Source: Planctomycetota bacterium
GTDB taxonomy: Bacteria; Planctomycetota; UBA8108; SXIK01
Length of the DNA stretch: 64,000 nucleotides
Reading direction: 5' to 3'
NCBI GenBank assembly: GCA_965223845.1
Contig: CBDCXR010000004.1
Coordinates: forward strand, 2,208,001 to 2,272,000
Shown: one piece after another, positions 1-10,155 of the stretch
How the letters are laid out: every line of letters begins with the position of its first letter
How positions within the stretch are numbered: position 1 is the first letter of the stretch
The notes under the pieces: generated by a model
Told to the model about the DNA's origin: nothing
What the model saw: the letters and a program-made list of their open reading frames with translations, nothing else
Database searches by the model: none
Made by a program: the position numbers and the translations under genes

Positions 1-705
1 CCCATTCGGTCGATGAAAGGCGCCCCGGTCGCCGAAGCGTCCGGGGCGTTATGGAGGGTAGAAATGCGGGCTGTCCCTTGCGGGACAGGAATAGGGTATG
101 GGGTAGCTAGGGGACGGGAGGAGGCACTCCGTCGCGAGCGCGGATCCGCGGGCACGAGAAACGGCGGACGAGACGACAACGCTGCTCGCTGTCGACTCCC
201 ACCGCCCGCGCCGGCACGTCCGTCCGTGCGCTGAGCGACCTCCGCTTGGTGACACCCGGAGTTCGGTGTGCGTGCGGCACGACCGTCGTCGGTGCGTAAG
301 GCCTCGCGACTCCCTCAAGTAGAGATTCCGGGAAGCAGCGTGATCCCAGGATCTTCCACGCCGCGGCTGAACTCACGAGAGGATCCGTTCGAGACGGATT
401 GCGGGACACGAACCGATCGCGCCGCGATCGCCGTGTCCGGTGGAGCGGCCGCGACGGATCGCGCCCGTTCACACACCGCGCCTGGATCATCGATCCCCCC
501 TCTTGAGAAAGGCAGCGGAGAAGGAGACGCTCCGGTTCCTCTTCATTACCGGGCGCTCACAAACCTGCTATCGGCGCCCGCGGGGGAGAACTTTAGAGAA
601 TCTTGACCGAATTCTCGCGGGAGAGTCGAAGCGCGAATCGGAGAAGGCGAACCGATCTCGGCGCCCGCGAAATCACGCCCCACTCACGGCCTCACCGGCC
701 GGGAC

Positions 706-1986
706 TCATTCCTTCCCGATGCGGTAGAGGAACCGATCCGAGCGGAGGAGAATCCCGCCGTCGATCGGAACCGGACCGGCGTTGAAGTCACCCGGATCCG
801 ATTCGATCACGTTGTGCGCGATCGTCTTGAACTTCGGCGCGGCATCGAACACGAAGGTCCCGTCCCGCCGGGAAACGGCGAAGATCTTCCCGTCCGCGAC
901 GACGACCGACGCGTACACGGATCCCGCGCCGTCGAGTCGCTCCTCGAACTTGACGTCTCCCGTCGCGGCGTCGAGGCAGTAGGCGATTCCACCGCGGTCA
1001 CTGACCCAGTAGAGGTGCCCCTCGTACGCGATCGGTGAGGTCACGTAGGCGCCGGGACGACTCGTCCACGCGACGGCCGACTTCGTCACGTCACCCTTCC
1101 CGCCGATCTTGACGGCCGTAGTCCCCCCGCTCCTTCCGAGGACGAACGCTTTCCCGTCGTGAACCACGACGCTCGAGCACATTGCGCGTTCGCGCGACGT
1201 CTCGGCGTACCAGCGGAGCTTGCCGTTCGCGGGATTGATCGACCAGAGCTCGTCCGGAACACTCACGAGAAGCTCGTCGCGCCCGCCCGCGTTCACGACG
1301 ATCGGAGTTCCCCACCAGGCACCGTAGCCCTCGGCCGGAGCGCGCCACTCTTCGACCCCGGTCTTCTTGTTGAACGCGACGATCGACTCGCACTCGACAC
1401 TGGCCGGCACGATCACGAGGTCACCGTGAAGAACGACGCTCGACGCCGAGCCGAAGTTGTGGGTTCTCGGGTCCGGATCCACCTCCGCTCGCCACACCTC
1501 TCGCCCGTCCAAACTGTACGCGACGACGCCCGAGCGGCCGAAATACGCGAACACTCGCGCGCCGTCGGTCGCGGGAGTGCTCGACGCATAGCCGTGATTC
1601 GGAATTCCGATCCCGTCGTACTCACGCTCCGGCTGCTTCGCCGCGATCGACTGATTCCAGACAGTTTTCCCCGTCTCGCGATCCACGCAGATGACGTGAA
1701 GACGCAAATCTTCAAGCTTTCCCGGGTTTCGTCGATCGACGCCGTAACCCGAGTAGCACGTGACGAACACTCGATTCTTCGCCACGATCGGACTGGAGCT
1801 CCCCGGGCCCGGAAGAGGCTCCTTCCAGCGGATCCCATCCTCTTCGCTCCAGGAGGTAGGGACGTTCTTCGCATCCGAGATGCCGCTCCCCGACGGGCCG
1901 CGGAAGCGCTGCCAGTCCGCGTTGACAGGAGCTGCGATGAGCAAGAAACCGGCAGCAAGAAGCGACGAACGATCAAGAATACGCAT
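706..1986 (-). CDS. PQQ-binding-like beta-propeller repeat protein (secreted)
   Basis: Signal peptide, then 'ADWQRFRGPSGSG', 'W..PLPGPGSSSPIV', 'YASSTPATDG' and repeated 'SPI/SSVV' blades; this family is strongly expanded in Planctomycetes. Confidence 0.85.
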   Translation of the reverse strand: MRILDRSSLLAAGFLLIAAPVNADWQRFRGPSGSGISDAKNVPTSWSEEDGIRWKEPLPGPGSSSPIVAKNRVFVTCYSGYGVDRRNPGKLEDLRLHVICVDRETGKTVWNQSIAAKQPEREYDGIGIPNHGYASSTPATDGARVFAYFGRSGVVAYSLDGREVWRAEVDPDPRTHNFGSASSVVLHGDLVIVPASVECESIVAFNKKTGVEEWRAPAEGYGAWWGTPIVVNAGGRDELLVSVPDELWSINPANGKLRWYAETSRERAMCSSVVVHDGKAFVLGRSGGTTAVKIGGKGDVTKSAVAWTSRPGAYVTSPIAYEGHLYWVSDRGGIAYCLDAATGDVKFEERLDGAGSVYASVVVADGKIFAVSRRDGTFVFDAAPKFKTIAHNVIESDPGDFNAGPVPIDGGILLRSDRFLYRIGKE

Positions 1987-2125
1987 GAGGACACCTTCTC
2001 ACGGCGTTGGCGGGATAGATTCGGAGCATCGGAGCTGAAACCCCGACGCGCGCGTCCGGTTCCGGGCGAAACTCCGGGCCGACGGGCGCTCGAGCGAGCG
2101 CCGAGACGTCTCGATCGCCCGCTGC

Positions 2126-2878
2126 TCAGCCCCGCGTGAGCTCCGGTCCGATCGTGTCGGGAGGAGGCGTGTCTCCCCGGAGGCGACGGGCCGTTTCGGC
2201 GAAATCGACCCGCCACTCGCCTTCCTCGTGAACAAAAATGACGTCCATTTCGCGGTAGACCGACGGCTCGTCCTCAGATGAGACCTTGGCGGTCACCTTG
2301 ATCACGGCCCAGCTCTCGTCGGCGGAGACCTGCGTCGAGCCGACGTGGTGGAGCGCACTCACGACGAGGTCGTACACCGACACGTCGAGGACCGGGTCGT
2401 CGAACAGACGGAGACCGACCTCGAATCGGAGCGGGCCGATCATTTCGCGCGACTCCGCCGATAGAGACTCGTAGGCGAAGTCCCATTGGTGGGCCTCGAC
2501 CGCATAGACGAATCCGCGCAGCGTCGAGGTTGGCCAATCGCGCGCAAAGTACTTTTCGGCGCGCGGCGCGGGGACGCAGCACGCGCCGACGGCGAGCGCC
2601 AGCAGCGCCGGCGCGAAGATGCGCGCGGCGCGCCGGACGCATCGCGGGTGTCGACGACTCTGCCCGCCGCCCGCCGTCCGCGCGCCCGGTTCGCGCCGCC
2701 TACCGCTGCGCGGATCCTCCCCCACCGAGCTCGATTCGATCAACGGTTCCCTCTCCCGACGCGCCTCGGCAACCGCCGATCGCTCGTGAGCGATCGCGCC
2801 TACCGACGTACGGACAGATCCGCGCTCGTAGCGATCGGGCCGGACTTCCGCAGCTCCGAGTCGCGCGTGAGCTGCCAC
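2126..2878 (-). CDS. hypothetical lipoprotein (true start probably further downstream, uncertain)
   Basis: Hydrophobic stretch ending 'LAVGACC' (lipobox-like), then a globular region ending 'VIFVHEEGEWRVDF' (NTF2/DUF4878-like end); co-oriented with neighbours. Confidence 0.55.
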   Translation of the reverse strand: MAAHARLGAAEVRPDRYERGSVRTSVGAIAHERSAVAEARREREPLIESSSVGEDPRSGRRREPGARTAGGGQSRRHPRCVRRAARIFAPALLALAVGACCVPAPRAEKYFARDWPTSTLRGFVYAVEAHQWDFAYESLSAESREMIGPLRFEVGLRLFDDPVLDVSVYDLVVSALHHVGSTQVSADESWAVIKVTAKVSSEDEPSVYREMDVIFVHEEGEWRVDFAETARRLRGDTPPPDTIGPELTRG

Positions 2879-3267
2879 ATCTCTACATCTCCCGTGCGCG
2901 AATTACAAATCCACAGGATCTGATTCAAGTTGCGGTCACTCAAAGTGATCGACGAGTGCTCGGCCGGAAACGCATTCAAGTCGATCTGGGCAACGCGGCT
3001 CCGCTGCACCGTCGAGTACTCGTTGTTGAGAAAGGTGTACGCCGCCATCCGCCCGTTCGTGCGGTTGACGACCCAGACCGTGCGGCGACTCGGCAAAAAG
3101 GAAAACTCGCCTTCGCCGAGATCGACCGTCGCCGCCGCCACCGACGGCATCCAGGTCGGCGCCGCGGCATCGGGACGAGACGTCAGCGCGGACCCCGCGA
3201 TCGCACCTACCGCCAAGATGAGCATCCACGTCGCCAGTCGTCCGCGGGAGAGGTTCAGGCTTTCCAT
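2800..3267 (-). CDS. hypothetical exported protein
   Basis: N-terminal hydrophobic segment and a beta-rich body with two similar halves (VWVVNRTNGRM / LWICNSRTGDV); start overlaps the upstream stop. Confidence 0.65.
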   Translation of the reverse strand: MESLNLSRGRLATWMLILAVGAIAGSALTSRPDAAAPTWMPSVAAATVDLGEGEFSFLPSRRTVWVVNRTNGRMAAYTFLNNEYSTVQRSRVAQIDLNAFPAEHSSITLSDRNLNQILWICNSRTGDVEMWQLTRDSELRKSGPIATSADLSVRR

Positions 3268-3890
3268 TCTTCGTCGTCCTCGTCTTCGCTGAATTCTTCC
3301 ATGGGATCGAGGAACGTGTCCTCGGAGCCGCCTTCTTCTTCCTCTCCACTCCGGATCTCGAACTCGATCGAACCGAACTCGACCTCGAGAGACTCTCCCC
3401 CTTCGCCCGACACCGACATCTGGCCGGAGGAAAGCGTTCCTTCGACTTCCTCAGCCATGTTCGTCACGTCCGGTACCTGCTCGAACACATCGCTGGTGAC
3501 GAACAAGTCCACGGAGTTCTTGAGGGCGAGCACGAAGCAGTCGCTCGGCCGAGCATCGATCCGCACTTCGTTCCGGCGTCCGGCCCAGTCTTCGGTCCCG
3601 TTCTCCGCGAGCTTCTGCCGCAGAAACAGCGTGGCGCAGAAGGTGTTCTCGATGATGCTCGAGATAATCACCTTCGTGACCTCGACGTCGAACCCGATGC
3701 AGATGTTCTGAATGAGCTCGTGCGTGAGCGGACGCGCCGGCACCTCGTTGTTGATCTCGCGGATCAGAGCCGCCGCCTCGTAGAACCCGATAAAGACGAC
3801 GAACGTCTTCTTGTCGTTCCCCAGGAGCACGGCCGCACCACTCGGCGTCGGACCGATAATTCGTTTGATGTCGACTTTCTCGAGCTCCAC
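3255..3890 (-). CDS. bifunctional nuclease family protein (DUF151) with acidic C-terminal tail
   Basis: Motifs 'FIGFYEAAAL', 'ARPLTHEL', 'TFCATL', 'IDARPSDCFVLAL'. Confidence 0.88.
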   Translation of the reverse strand: MELEKVDIKRIIGPTPSGAAVLLGNDKKTFVVFIGFYEAAALIREINNEVPARPLTHELIQNICIGFDVEVTKVIISSIIENTFCATLFLRQKLAENGTEDWAGRRNEVRIDARPSDCFVLALKNSVDLFVTSDVFEQVPDVTNMAEEVEGTLSSGQMSVSGEGGESLEVEFGSIEFEIRSGEEEEGGSEDTFLDPMEEFSEDEDDEEWKA

Positions 3891-4044
3891 TCCGTCACCT
3901 GTCGTCGACGTCTGAGACAGTTCGAAACCCGGTTCGGGGCCCGCGACTCCCGTTGCGCCTTCGCGGTCTTATCTGGATCGGTCGGCGCGAAGGCGTTCCT
4001 TAGTTCGACTTTCGCGATCCTCGCGCCCTGCGGCGGCTCTTACT

Positions 4045-4296
4045 CTACCAGCCCCACAAGTTGAACGTATCCACGAGCGGCTCGTGCGTGAGCTCGTTGC
4101 CCTCTCCGATGAGGAGGGTGACGAAGTCCTTCGCAGGAGTCGCAAAGGTGACGTCCTCCGGGTCGAGGATCTCCCCGACCGACCAGCGCAGCTCGCTCAT
4201 CTGATACGAAAACGTCCCGCCGGGGCCCGGCGAGGTGCAGCCCGACAAGATCGTCAGACCGGCGGAGAAGAACAGCGCGCGGATGGCAATCTTCAT
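4045..4296 (-). CDS. small hypothetical lipoprotein
   Basis: ATG at 4296 preceded by CAGGA; MKIAIRALFFSAGLTILSG-C lipobox. Confidence 0.65.
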   Translation of the reverse strand: MKIAIRALFFSAGLTILSGCTSPGPGGTFSYQMSELRWSVGEILDPEDVTFATPAKDFVTLLIGEGNELTHEPLVDTFNLWGW

Positions 4297-4514
4297 CGCT
4301 GATTCCTGGGGAAGCTGGTTCGCTGAAGAAGTTCCGTGTAGTGGCGTCTCGTCGCCGCGCCGGTGACGAGAAACGCTGCGGCTGCGACCGTGCTGAAGAG
4401 AAGCTCGCCGACGAGCGCCAAAACGAGGAGAGGAAAGCTGGCCCAAAACCCACACCAGCGAGGAAGCCAGCCCCCGCGTCGCGGCGCGGTCTCCCGGTTG
4501 TTTGGGTTGCTCAT
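4293..4514 (-). CDS. small hypothetical membrane protein
   Basis: 73 aa with a long hydrophobic segment; stop overlaps the next start (ATGA coupling). Confidence 0.4.
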   Translation of the reverse strand: MSNPNNRETAPRRGGWLPRWCGFWASFPLLVLALVGELLFSTVAAAAFLVTGAATRRHYTELLQRTSFPRNQR

Positions 4515-4822
4515 TGCGATTGCCGCTCGGAAGCCGCGCGAGACGGGACACCCATCGATCGCCGGTACAGTTCCTACTTCGGAATTCGACGCCCGACGGG
4601 TCCAGCGCGATCGAGTTCCGATAGCTCTCTAAACCAGCGAACCACTCGATCTCGGGAGTTCGACGAAGCTTCCGAGTGGAGTCTACTGCCCCCCTGGAGG
4701 GTTCTCAAGCAAAGCGCGCGATCCACCCTGGCGTCCGAACGCTCGGGAACTGTCCAAAATGTGGTTCGAACTCGTCGAGCGCATCCGGAGGCGACGATCG
4801 GCGTGATGCCGCGGCGAGGCCG

Positions 4823-5908
4823 TTACGACCGGCTCAAGCTCGAGTAGATCGCCGCGATCCGCTCCGCTGCGCGCGACCACGTGCGCTCACGTGCGCTCGT
4901 CACCCCCGCGCGCCGCTTCGCTTCGATCGATGGGCCGCCGCGCAGCGCCTCGCGCAGGCCGTCCGCGGCCGCCTCGGGGTCGTCCGGCTCGACGAGAAAG
5001 CCGTGCGAGCCGACAGCGTCCACAAGCCCACCCCGGCGACTCGCCACCACCGGCGTACCAAGCGCGAGCGCCTCGAGAACTGCGAGTCCGTAGCCCTCGT
5101 AGTGAGAGAGCTGCATGAGACACTCGGCGCGATCGATCGCCGCCCAGAGAGTTGGTCGCGGAAGATACCCCGTCCGGACGACATCCTCCCCGAGCTCCTT
5201 CGCCGCACGCTCCGCAGCGCTCCCGGCCCAGCCGTAGTTCGGTGCGCCGGCGAGAACGAGCCGGAGCTCGGGTTCGCCGTCCCTGACTCTCCGGTAAGCT
5301 TCGATCACCGCGCCGAGGTTCTTTCGCGCGCAGAGTGCGCCGACTGCGATCACGTACGGCGGCCGAATGCCGAACTCCGCGAGTCGCGTGGCCGCCGCGT
5401 CGAGTTCGCCCGCCGAAGGAGCCTCGACACCCGGCGGGACGACCTCGATCCGTCGCGCGCGAGGGTACCGTTCGCGAATCTCGCTCGCGATCGTCGCCGC
5501 GAGAGTGACGATGACGTCCGCACGTCGCGTGAGAGAGTCGTAGGCCTCCGCCTTTCGCACGCGAAATCGAGCGGGTGCGAGCTCCTCGCGGTCGCTCACT
5601 TCGTTCACGGCGATGAGATCGAAGAGAGTCGCGACGAGCGGACCGCGGTAACCCACCGGCATCCGCGTGTCGAGGAGGTGGACGAGGCCGTAGCGTGAGC
5701 CGAGACGGCGACCGCTCCAGTACGGTCGAGCCGGGACGCCGAGCTCGGTGAGGCGCGAACGCCTCGACCATCGTCCGGCGGGATACACCAGCTCGAGGGG
5801 GATCGAACCGGTCTCGCGCAGTCCGCCGAGCAAGCCGAATCCGTACTGCGCGACTCCGCTCGGATGCTCTCCCATCCAGCCGGAAGCTTCGAGGGCGACG
5901 GGTCTCAT
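4823..5908 (-). CDS. glycosyltransferase family 4 (GT-B)
   Basis: 'SGVAQY', 'VGALCARKNL', 'SHYEGYGLAVLEALALGTPVVAS' (EX7E motif). Confidence 0.9.
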   Translation of the reverse strand: MRPVALEASGWMGEHPSGVAQYGFGLLGGLRETGSIPLELVYPAGRWSRRSRLTELGVPARPYWSGRRLGSRYGLVHLLDTRMPVGYRGPLVATLFDLIAVNEVSDREELAPARFRVRKAEAYDSLTRRADVIVTLAATIASEIRERYPRARRIEVVPPGVEAPSAGELDAAATRLAEFGIRPPYVIAVGALCARKNLGAVIEAYRRVRDGEPELRLVLAGAPNYGWAGSAAERAAKELGEDVVRTGYLPRPTLWAAIDRAECLMQLSHYEGYGLAVLEALALGTPVVASRRGGLVDAVGSHGFLVEPDDPEAAADGLREALRGGPSIEAKRRAGVTSARERTWSRAAERIAAIYSSLSRS

Positions 5909-5946
5909 CAGTTCGTCCTCGCCCGATTCACGCGGTCGGACTCGCG

Positions 5947-6975
5947 CTAGGGAACAGTCGGACTCTCACACTCGACGGGTGCGCTCTCGGCCGCCGCGAC
6001 CGCTTCGGCGACACGGCCCTTCCGTCTGAAATAGAAGAATCCCGAGACGACGGTCCAGCCGATGTACACGACGCGCATGAGCACCGCGATCATTCCGCCG
6101 GTCGCGACCCCGACGAGAGAGAACAGCTCGGCGTAGTAGGCTTCCGCCGTCCCGATCGCACCCGGAGGATTGATGGGTACGGCCATCGCGATGTTCGCGA
6201 GCGGCACGAGAAAGAAGAACACGCCGACGGGAACGCCCTCGGTCGCGAGCGCGCGAGACGCGCACAGCACAGCGAGGATCGCCGTCACGTGCAGCGCGAC
6301 CGATAGGAAGACCGCGGCGACGACTGTCCACGGATGTCGCCGGAAGGTCGTCAGCGCTTCGGCGAGGCTGTTGAGACGCGGACGTGATCGAATGAACCGG
6401 TGAAACCAGGCGAACTTCTTCGCACTGCACACTCTCTCCGAGTACAGCACCGCGAGCGCGACGAAACCCGCGACGAAAAGCCCCAGAACGATGAGTGCGA
6501 ACGTCGTCAGCCACGCGTCGGAGCGAACCGTCTCGAGGTGAGTCGCGATCGCGACGAGGCCGACCCCGATGAGGACGAAGAGTCCGAGCGCGCGATCGAA
6601 CACCACCGAGACGAGACCGGCTCCGCCTCGACCCCTCTGCTCGCGCACGACGACGTAGGCCTTCACGACGTCACCGCCGGTCGTCCCGAAGATGAATTGG
6701 CTGAAGAAGAACCCGATCAGAGTGAGCGACAGAGCGTCGTGAAACGGGTAATCGATTCCTTGCGCCCGAAGAAGCAAGCGCCAGCGCGTAGCCGCGAGCG
6801 TGAGTACACCGCCGAACAGCGCGAACGACGCGAGGAGCCACGGCCAACCTTCTCGGACCTTCCGGAGCTGCTCGAAGTCGAGTCGTCCGGAGGAGAGAAG
6901 CCAAGCGATGAGGCCGATCGCGAGCGCCGCTTTCAGGGCGGGTAGGATATACCGTTTCAAACCAGGGGATCTCAC
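5947..6975 (-). CDS. lysylphosphatidylglycerol-synthase-TM / flippase-like membrane protein (UPF0104)
   Basis: Multi-TM; 'RWRLLL', 'IGFFFSQF..TTGGDVVKAY', 'DRALGL', 'PINPPGAIGTAE'. Confidence 0.88.
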   Translation of the reverse strand: MRSPGLKRYILPALKAALAIGLIAWLLSSGRLDFEQLRKVREGWPWLLASFALFGGVLTLAATRWRLLLRAQGIDYPFHDALSLTLIGFFFSQFIFGTTGGDVVKAYVVVREQRGRGGAGLVSVVFDRALGLFVLIGVGLVAIATHLETVRSDAWLTTFALIVLGLFVAGFVALAVLYSERVCSAKKFAWFHRFIRSRPRLNSLAEALTTFRRHPWTVVAAVFLSVALHVTAILAVLCASRALATEGVPVGVFFFLVPLANIAMAVPINPPGAIGTAEAYYAELFSLVGVATGGMIAVLMRVVYIGWTVVSGFFYFRRKGRVAEAVAAAESAPVECESPTVP

Positions 6976-7102
6976 TCGCGGATCGAGTCGTTCGGGGTAC
7001 TCGGGTGGGCGATGTCAGGACCGTCGCGTCTTCGGAGGGTATCGGCCGCGGGCGAGTCCGCGCTGGTGAGGTTTCCCGCTAGCGCCGGTCCGAGAAACTC
7101 GC

Positions 7103-7822
7103 TCAGGGAGCCCCCGGATTCGTCGGCGCGCCGAACTTCGTCTCGTAGAGCTGCTTCCAAGCTTCCGTCTGCTCGAACGGGATCTTCTCTCCACTCAGCT
7201 GGACGAGCCCGTCGTAGAGCGTGAGGCGAATCGACTGGTACCGACCCGTCGCATCGACATCGAGAAAGAGCTCGAGGAGGACGCGGAGCGCCTCCGGTCC
7301 CCCCACCGCGGCGAGGGCTCGCACGATCTCGAGTCGCACCTCGACGCGCTCTTCCCGACGCAATTGACGGGCGAGCGGAGCGGACGCACTCGCCGCCGGG
7401 CGGCGCAGCCACCCCTTCGCCGCTTCGAGCCGCACCAGCCACGAGGAATCGCTCAGCGAATCGGCGAGCAAGTCTTCGATCTTCGGCTGCTCGAGCCGCG
7501 AGAGCGCCGCCACCGCCTGCGCGCGCTGGATCGGATCACCCTCACTCCGCGCCACCTCCTCGAGGTATTCGACGGCCTTGAGCGCGCCTTCGTCGTAGGG
7601 AATCCGCTCCGCCTCGCGGGCGCGCAGCATCTCGCCGAGCGCCGTCGTCGCGGCGCGGACGTCCTGCGGGTCGCCGCGGCGCGCGGCCTCGAGCTGATCG
7701 ACGAGCGTCGACGAGCACGCTACGGTGGCGCCGACCGCGACCCCGAGCGCGGCTAGCGCAGCGAACCGGCGAGATCCGCCGGAGCGACGCCTCGCTCGCT
7801 CATCGCCATGCAAGTCGACCAT
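7103..7822 (-). CDS. HEAT-repeat lipoprotein
   Basis: Signal ending 'ATVACSS'; HEAT-like repeats 'DPIQRAQAVAAL', 'DSSWLVRLEAAKG', 'VEVRLEIVRALAAVG'; start inferred at ATG 7822. Confidence 0.7.
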   Translation of the reverse strand: MVDLHGDERARRRSGGSRRFAALAALGVAVGATVACSSTLVDQLEAARRGDPQDVRAATTALGEMLRAREAERIPYDEGALKAVEYLEEVARSEGDPIQRAQAVAALSRLEQPKIEDLLADSLSDSSWLVRLEAAKGWLRRPAASASAPLARQLRREERVEVRLEIVRALAAVGGPEALRVLLELFLDVDATGRYQSIRLTLYDGLVQLSGEKIPFEQTEAWKQLYETKFGAPTNPGAP

Positions 7823-7986
7823 CGCGGGTTCCTGATTCTGGTACGTACGCGTTCTCGTTCTCTTCATTCCGACTCTCAGGTAGTCCGGGAAACGACCGTT
7901 TCTACCACAACCGTCGCGATCGGCTTTCGCCAATTTCGCGCCGGGAGAGACCAGGTCGAAGCCAACGCGACGGGAGCCGGGGTGAG

Positions 7987-8742
7987 TCAGCCGCCGGGGC
8001 GAGGCGCGACGACGAACGCCGCGAATCCCGCCGCCAGACAGAGAGCGAGAATCAGCGCCGGAACGATCTCCGCGAAAACTGCCGAACGGAGTGAGATCGA
8101 ATGCGCGGCGCAGAGGGCGGATGTCTCGAAGACCGTGCCTGCGAGCAGAAAGAGAAAATCTCCGGCGAACGGGATCCCGATCACGGGAAACGCGGCCGCC
8201 TGCGCGTACGCGACGACCCGGTACGTCGCCTCGAAGCTCGAGCGAGCGTTCATCGAAAAGACGAGCGACAGGTGAACGAGCTGCGCGCGGACGTAGACAT
8301 ACACGAGCGGCATCGCCACGAAGACGACGATGGGCCACCAAGTGCGGCCGTGCCCCCACCGAACGAGCGCGGTGTCCTCTCGAAGCGCCGTCGCGAGGAG
8401 AATGGATGGCGACGCGACGACGACGAGGAACAGGGAGGGAAGAAGAACACCGCCTTCCCGGCGAAACTCGCTGAACGCCGCGTTCGGAGCTCGCCAGGTG
8501 TCCGCGAGAGTCCGCGCAGCGGCCGCGATGAGGGTGAGAGAACCCCGGCGCGGACGCGAGTCCTCAGCGCCAGCCGCGGGACGAAGCGCGTCCGCGAGCG
8601 CGCGTTCGAACGCGGGCCGCGACCAATCGCGGGGCGCCTCCGCAAGCCGTGCCCCGCACGAGGCGCAGGAGCCGGCGATCTCGGCAAGCTCGGCGCCGCA
8701 GAGCGGGCAGGCCCGGGCTCGGTCGTCGTGCCGCTCGCTCAA
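7987..8742 (-). CDS. zinc-ribbon / Yip1-like membrane protein
   Basis: N-terminal CPLC..CASC zinc ribbon; TM region with 'FEATYRVVAYAQA' typical of Yip1-like proteins. Confidence 0.65.
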   Translation of the reverse strand: MSERHDDRARACPLCGAELAEIAGSCASCGARLAEAPRDWSRPAFERALADALRPAAGAEDSRPRRGSLTLIAAAARTLADTWRAPNAAFSEFRREGGVLLPSLFLVVVASPSILLATALREDTALVRWGHGRTWWPIVVFVAMPLVYVYVRAQLVHLSLVFSMNARSSFEATYRVVAYAQAAAFPVIGIPFAGDFLFLLAGTVFETSALCAAHSISLRSAVFAEIVPALILALCLAAGFAAFVVAPRPGG

Positions 8743-8928
8743 GTCACCTCCTCCCGACCCGCGGGCACTGCCGCAGGGCTGATAAAGATCCGCCGCGAAT
8801 CGGCCGATAGTACGAAAGGACCGAGAAAGAAGCCACTCGCCCGGGCTTCACGCGAAACTCGAGGGGCCCGTGCCAGCCGAGTCGACCGCGATGAGATCCC
8901 GGGCCGTCCGGAAGAGGCCCCGACCGAC

Positions 8929-10155
8929 ATGAGTGTCCTGAGAATCCTCCCGCCCCCATTCGTTTCGATCGCGTTCCTGCTCGCCGCCGGCCCGGCGCTC
9001 GCCGCGCCCGACGAAGTCCGCGCGATCTGGATCACTCGCTGGGACTTCCGGTCCGAAGCGGACGTCCGGCGCTCGATCCGAACGGCACACGAGCTCGGAC
9101 TCAATCGCGTCTTCTTCCAGGTTCGCGGCCGCGCCGATGCCTATTACCGCTCGCCCTACGAGCCGTGGGGCGAAGAGATCGGCGGTCGCGACCCGGGATT
9201 CGACCCCCTCGCGGTGGCGGTCGACGAAGCGTCCCGCCGCCGGATCGCTCTCGAGGCGTGGGTGAACGTTCTCCCCGCGTGGAAAGGGTCCTCACCCCCT
9301 CGAAGTCGAAGCCACATCTTCCACACCCGACCGGAGTGGTTCCTCGTCAATCGCGCAGGAAAACGCCTGCGGCTCGACAAGAACCGCTACACCATCCTCA
9401 ATCCCTGTCTCCCCGAGGTCCGTTCGTATCTCGCGACCGTGATCAGCGATATCGCGAAGCGCTACCGGGTCGACGGCATCCATCTCGATTACATTCGCTT
9501 CGTCGCCCCGAACGGCGGCAGGGCTCTCGATTTCCCATTCGATTCGCGCACCCTCGGCCTCTTTCGCGCTCAAACCGGAGCGACCCCCGCGTCGTCACCC
9601 GCCGAATGGAACGACTGGCGTCGAAGAAACGTCAACACGGTTCTCTACCGAGTCGCCGCTGCCTGCCGTGCCGCGCGACCGGGAGTTCGCATTTCCGTCG
9701 CTTCGATCGCGAACTACCACCGCGCGAGAACGACGCTCTTTCAAGACGTAGCCACCTGGCAGCGGCGCGGCTGGGTAGATGACGTCTATCCGATGAACTA
9801 CCACCGCCGGACAGCGGACTTCGAACGCTACGGGCGAAACGCGATCGCGGCGGGGCCGCCGGGGACGGTGCACCTCGGAATCGGGGTATATCTCCTCGAC
9901 GATCCCGCTCAGATGCGAGCTCAGATCGAAGCAGCCCGGCGCCTCGGCTCGAACGGCTACGCGCTGTTCGCGCTCGCGAACTTCGCCGCCACTCGCTCGC
10001 ACGAGTCTCGGGCGGGCGCGGCAGCGGAGCGAAAACGTGCGGCGTTTCGGCGCGAGCTCCTGTCGACGCACAGGTCTCGCGTCGCCACGACGCGAGTTCA
10101 GCCCCCTGCGTCGCGACCCGAGTACCGAAACGTCCGTCCGCAGAACGGGAAGTAG
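8929..10155 (+). CDS. glycosyl hydrolase-like family 10 protein (GHL10/DUF187, YddW/DigH-like)
   Basis: Signal peptide; 'EVRAIWITRW', 'FQVRGRADAYYRS', 'FDPLA', 'YRVDGIHLDYIR', 'PMNY'; start inferred at ATG 8929. Confidence 0.88.
   Translation: MSVLRILPPPFVSIAFLLAAGPALAAPDEVRAIWITRWDFRSEADVRRSIRTAHELGLNRVFFQVRGRADAYYRSPYEPWGEEIGGRDPGFDPLAVAVDEASRRRIALEAWVNVLPAWKGSSPPRSRSHIFHTRPEWFLVNRAGKRLRLDKNRYTILNPCLPEVRSYLATVISDIAKRYRVDGIHLDYIRFVAPNGGRALDFPFDSRTLGLFRAQTGATPASSPAEWNDWRRRNVNTVLYRVAAACRAARPGVRISVASIANYHRARTTLFQDVATWQRRGWVDDVYPMNYHRRTADFERYGRNAIAAGPPGTVHLGIGVYLLDDPAQMRAQIEAARRLGSNGYALFALANFAATRSHESRAGAAAERKRAAFRRELLSTHRSRVATTRVQPPASRPEYRNVRPQNGK

Noticed and set aside
8101-8928. Apparent N-terminal extension of the GHL10 protein
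   Set aside because: Antisense to the Yip1-like gene; the signal peptide begins at ATG 8929
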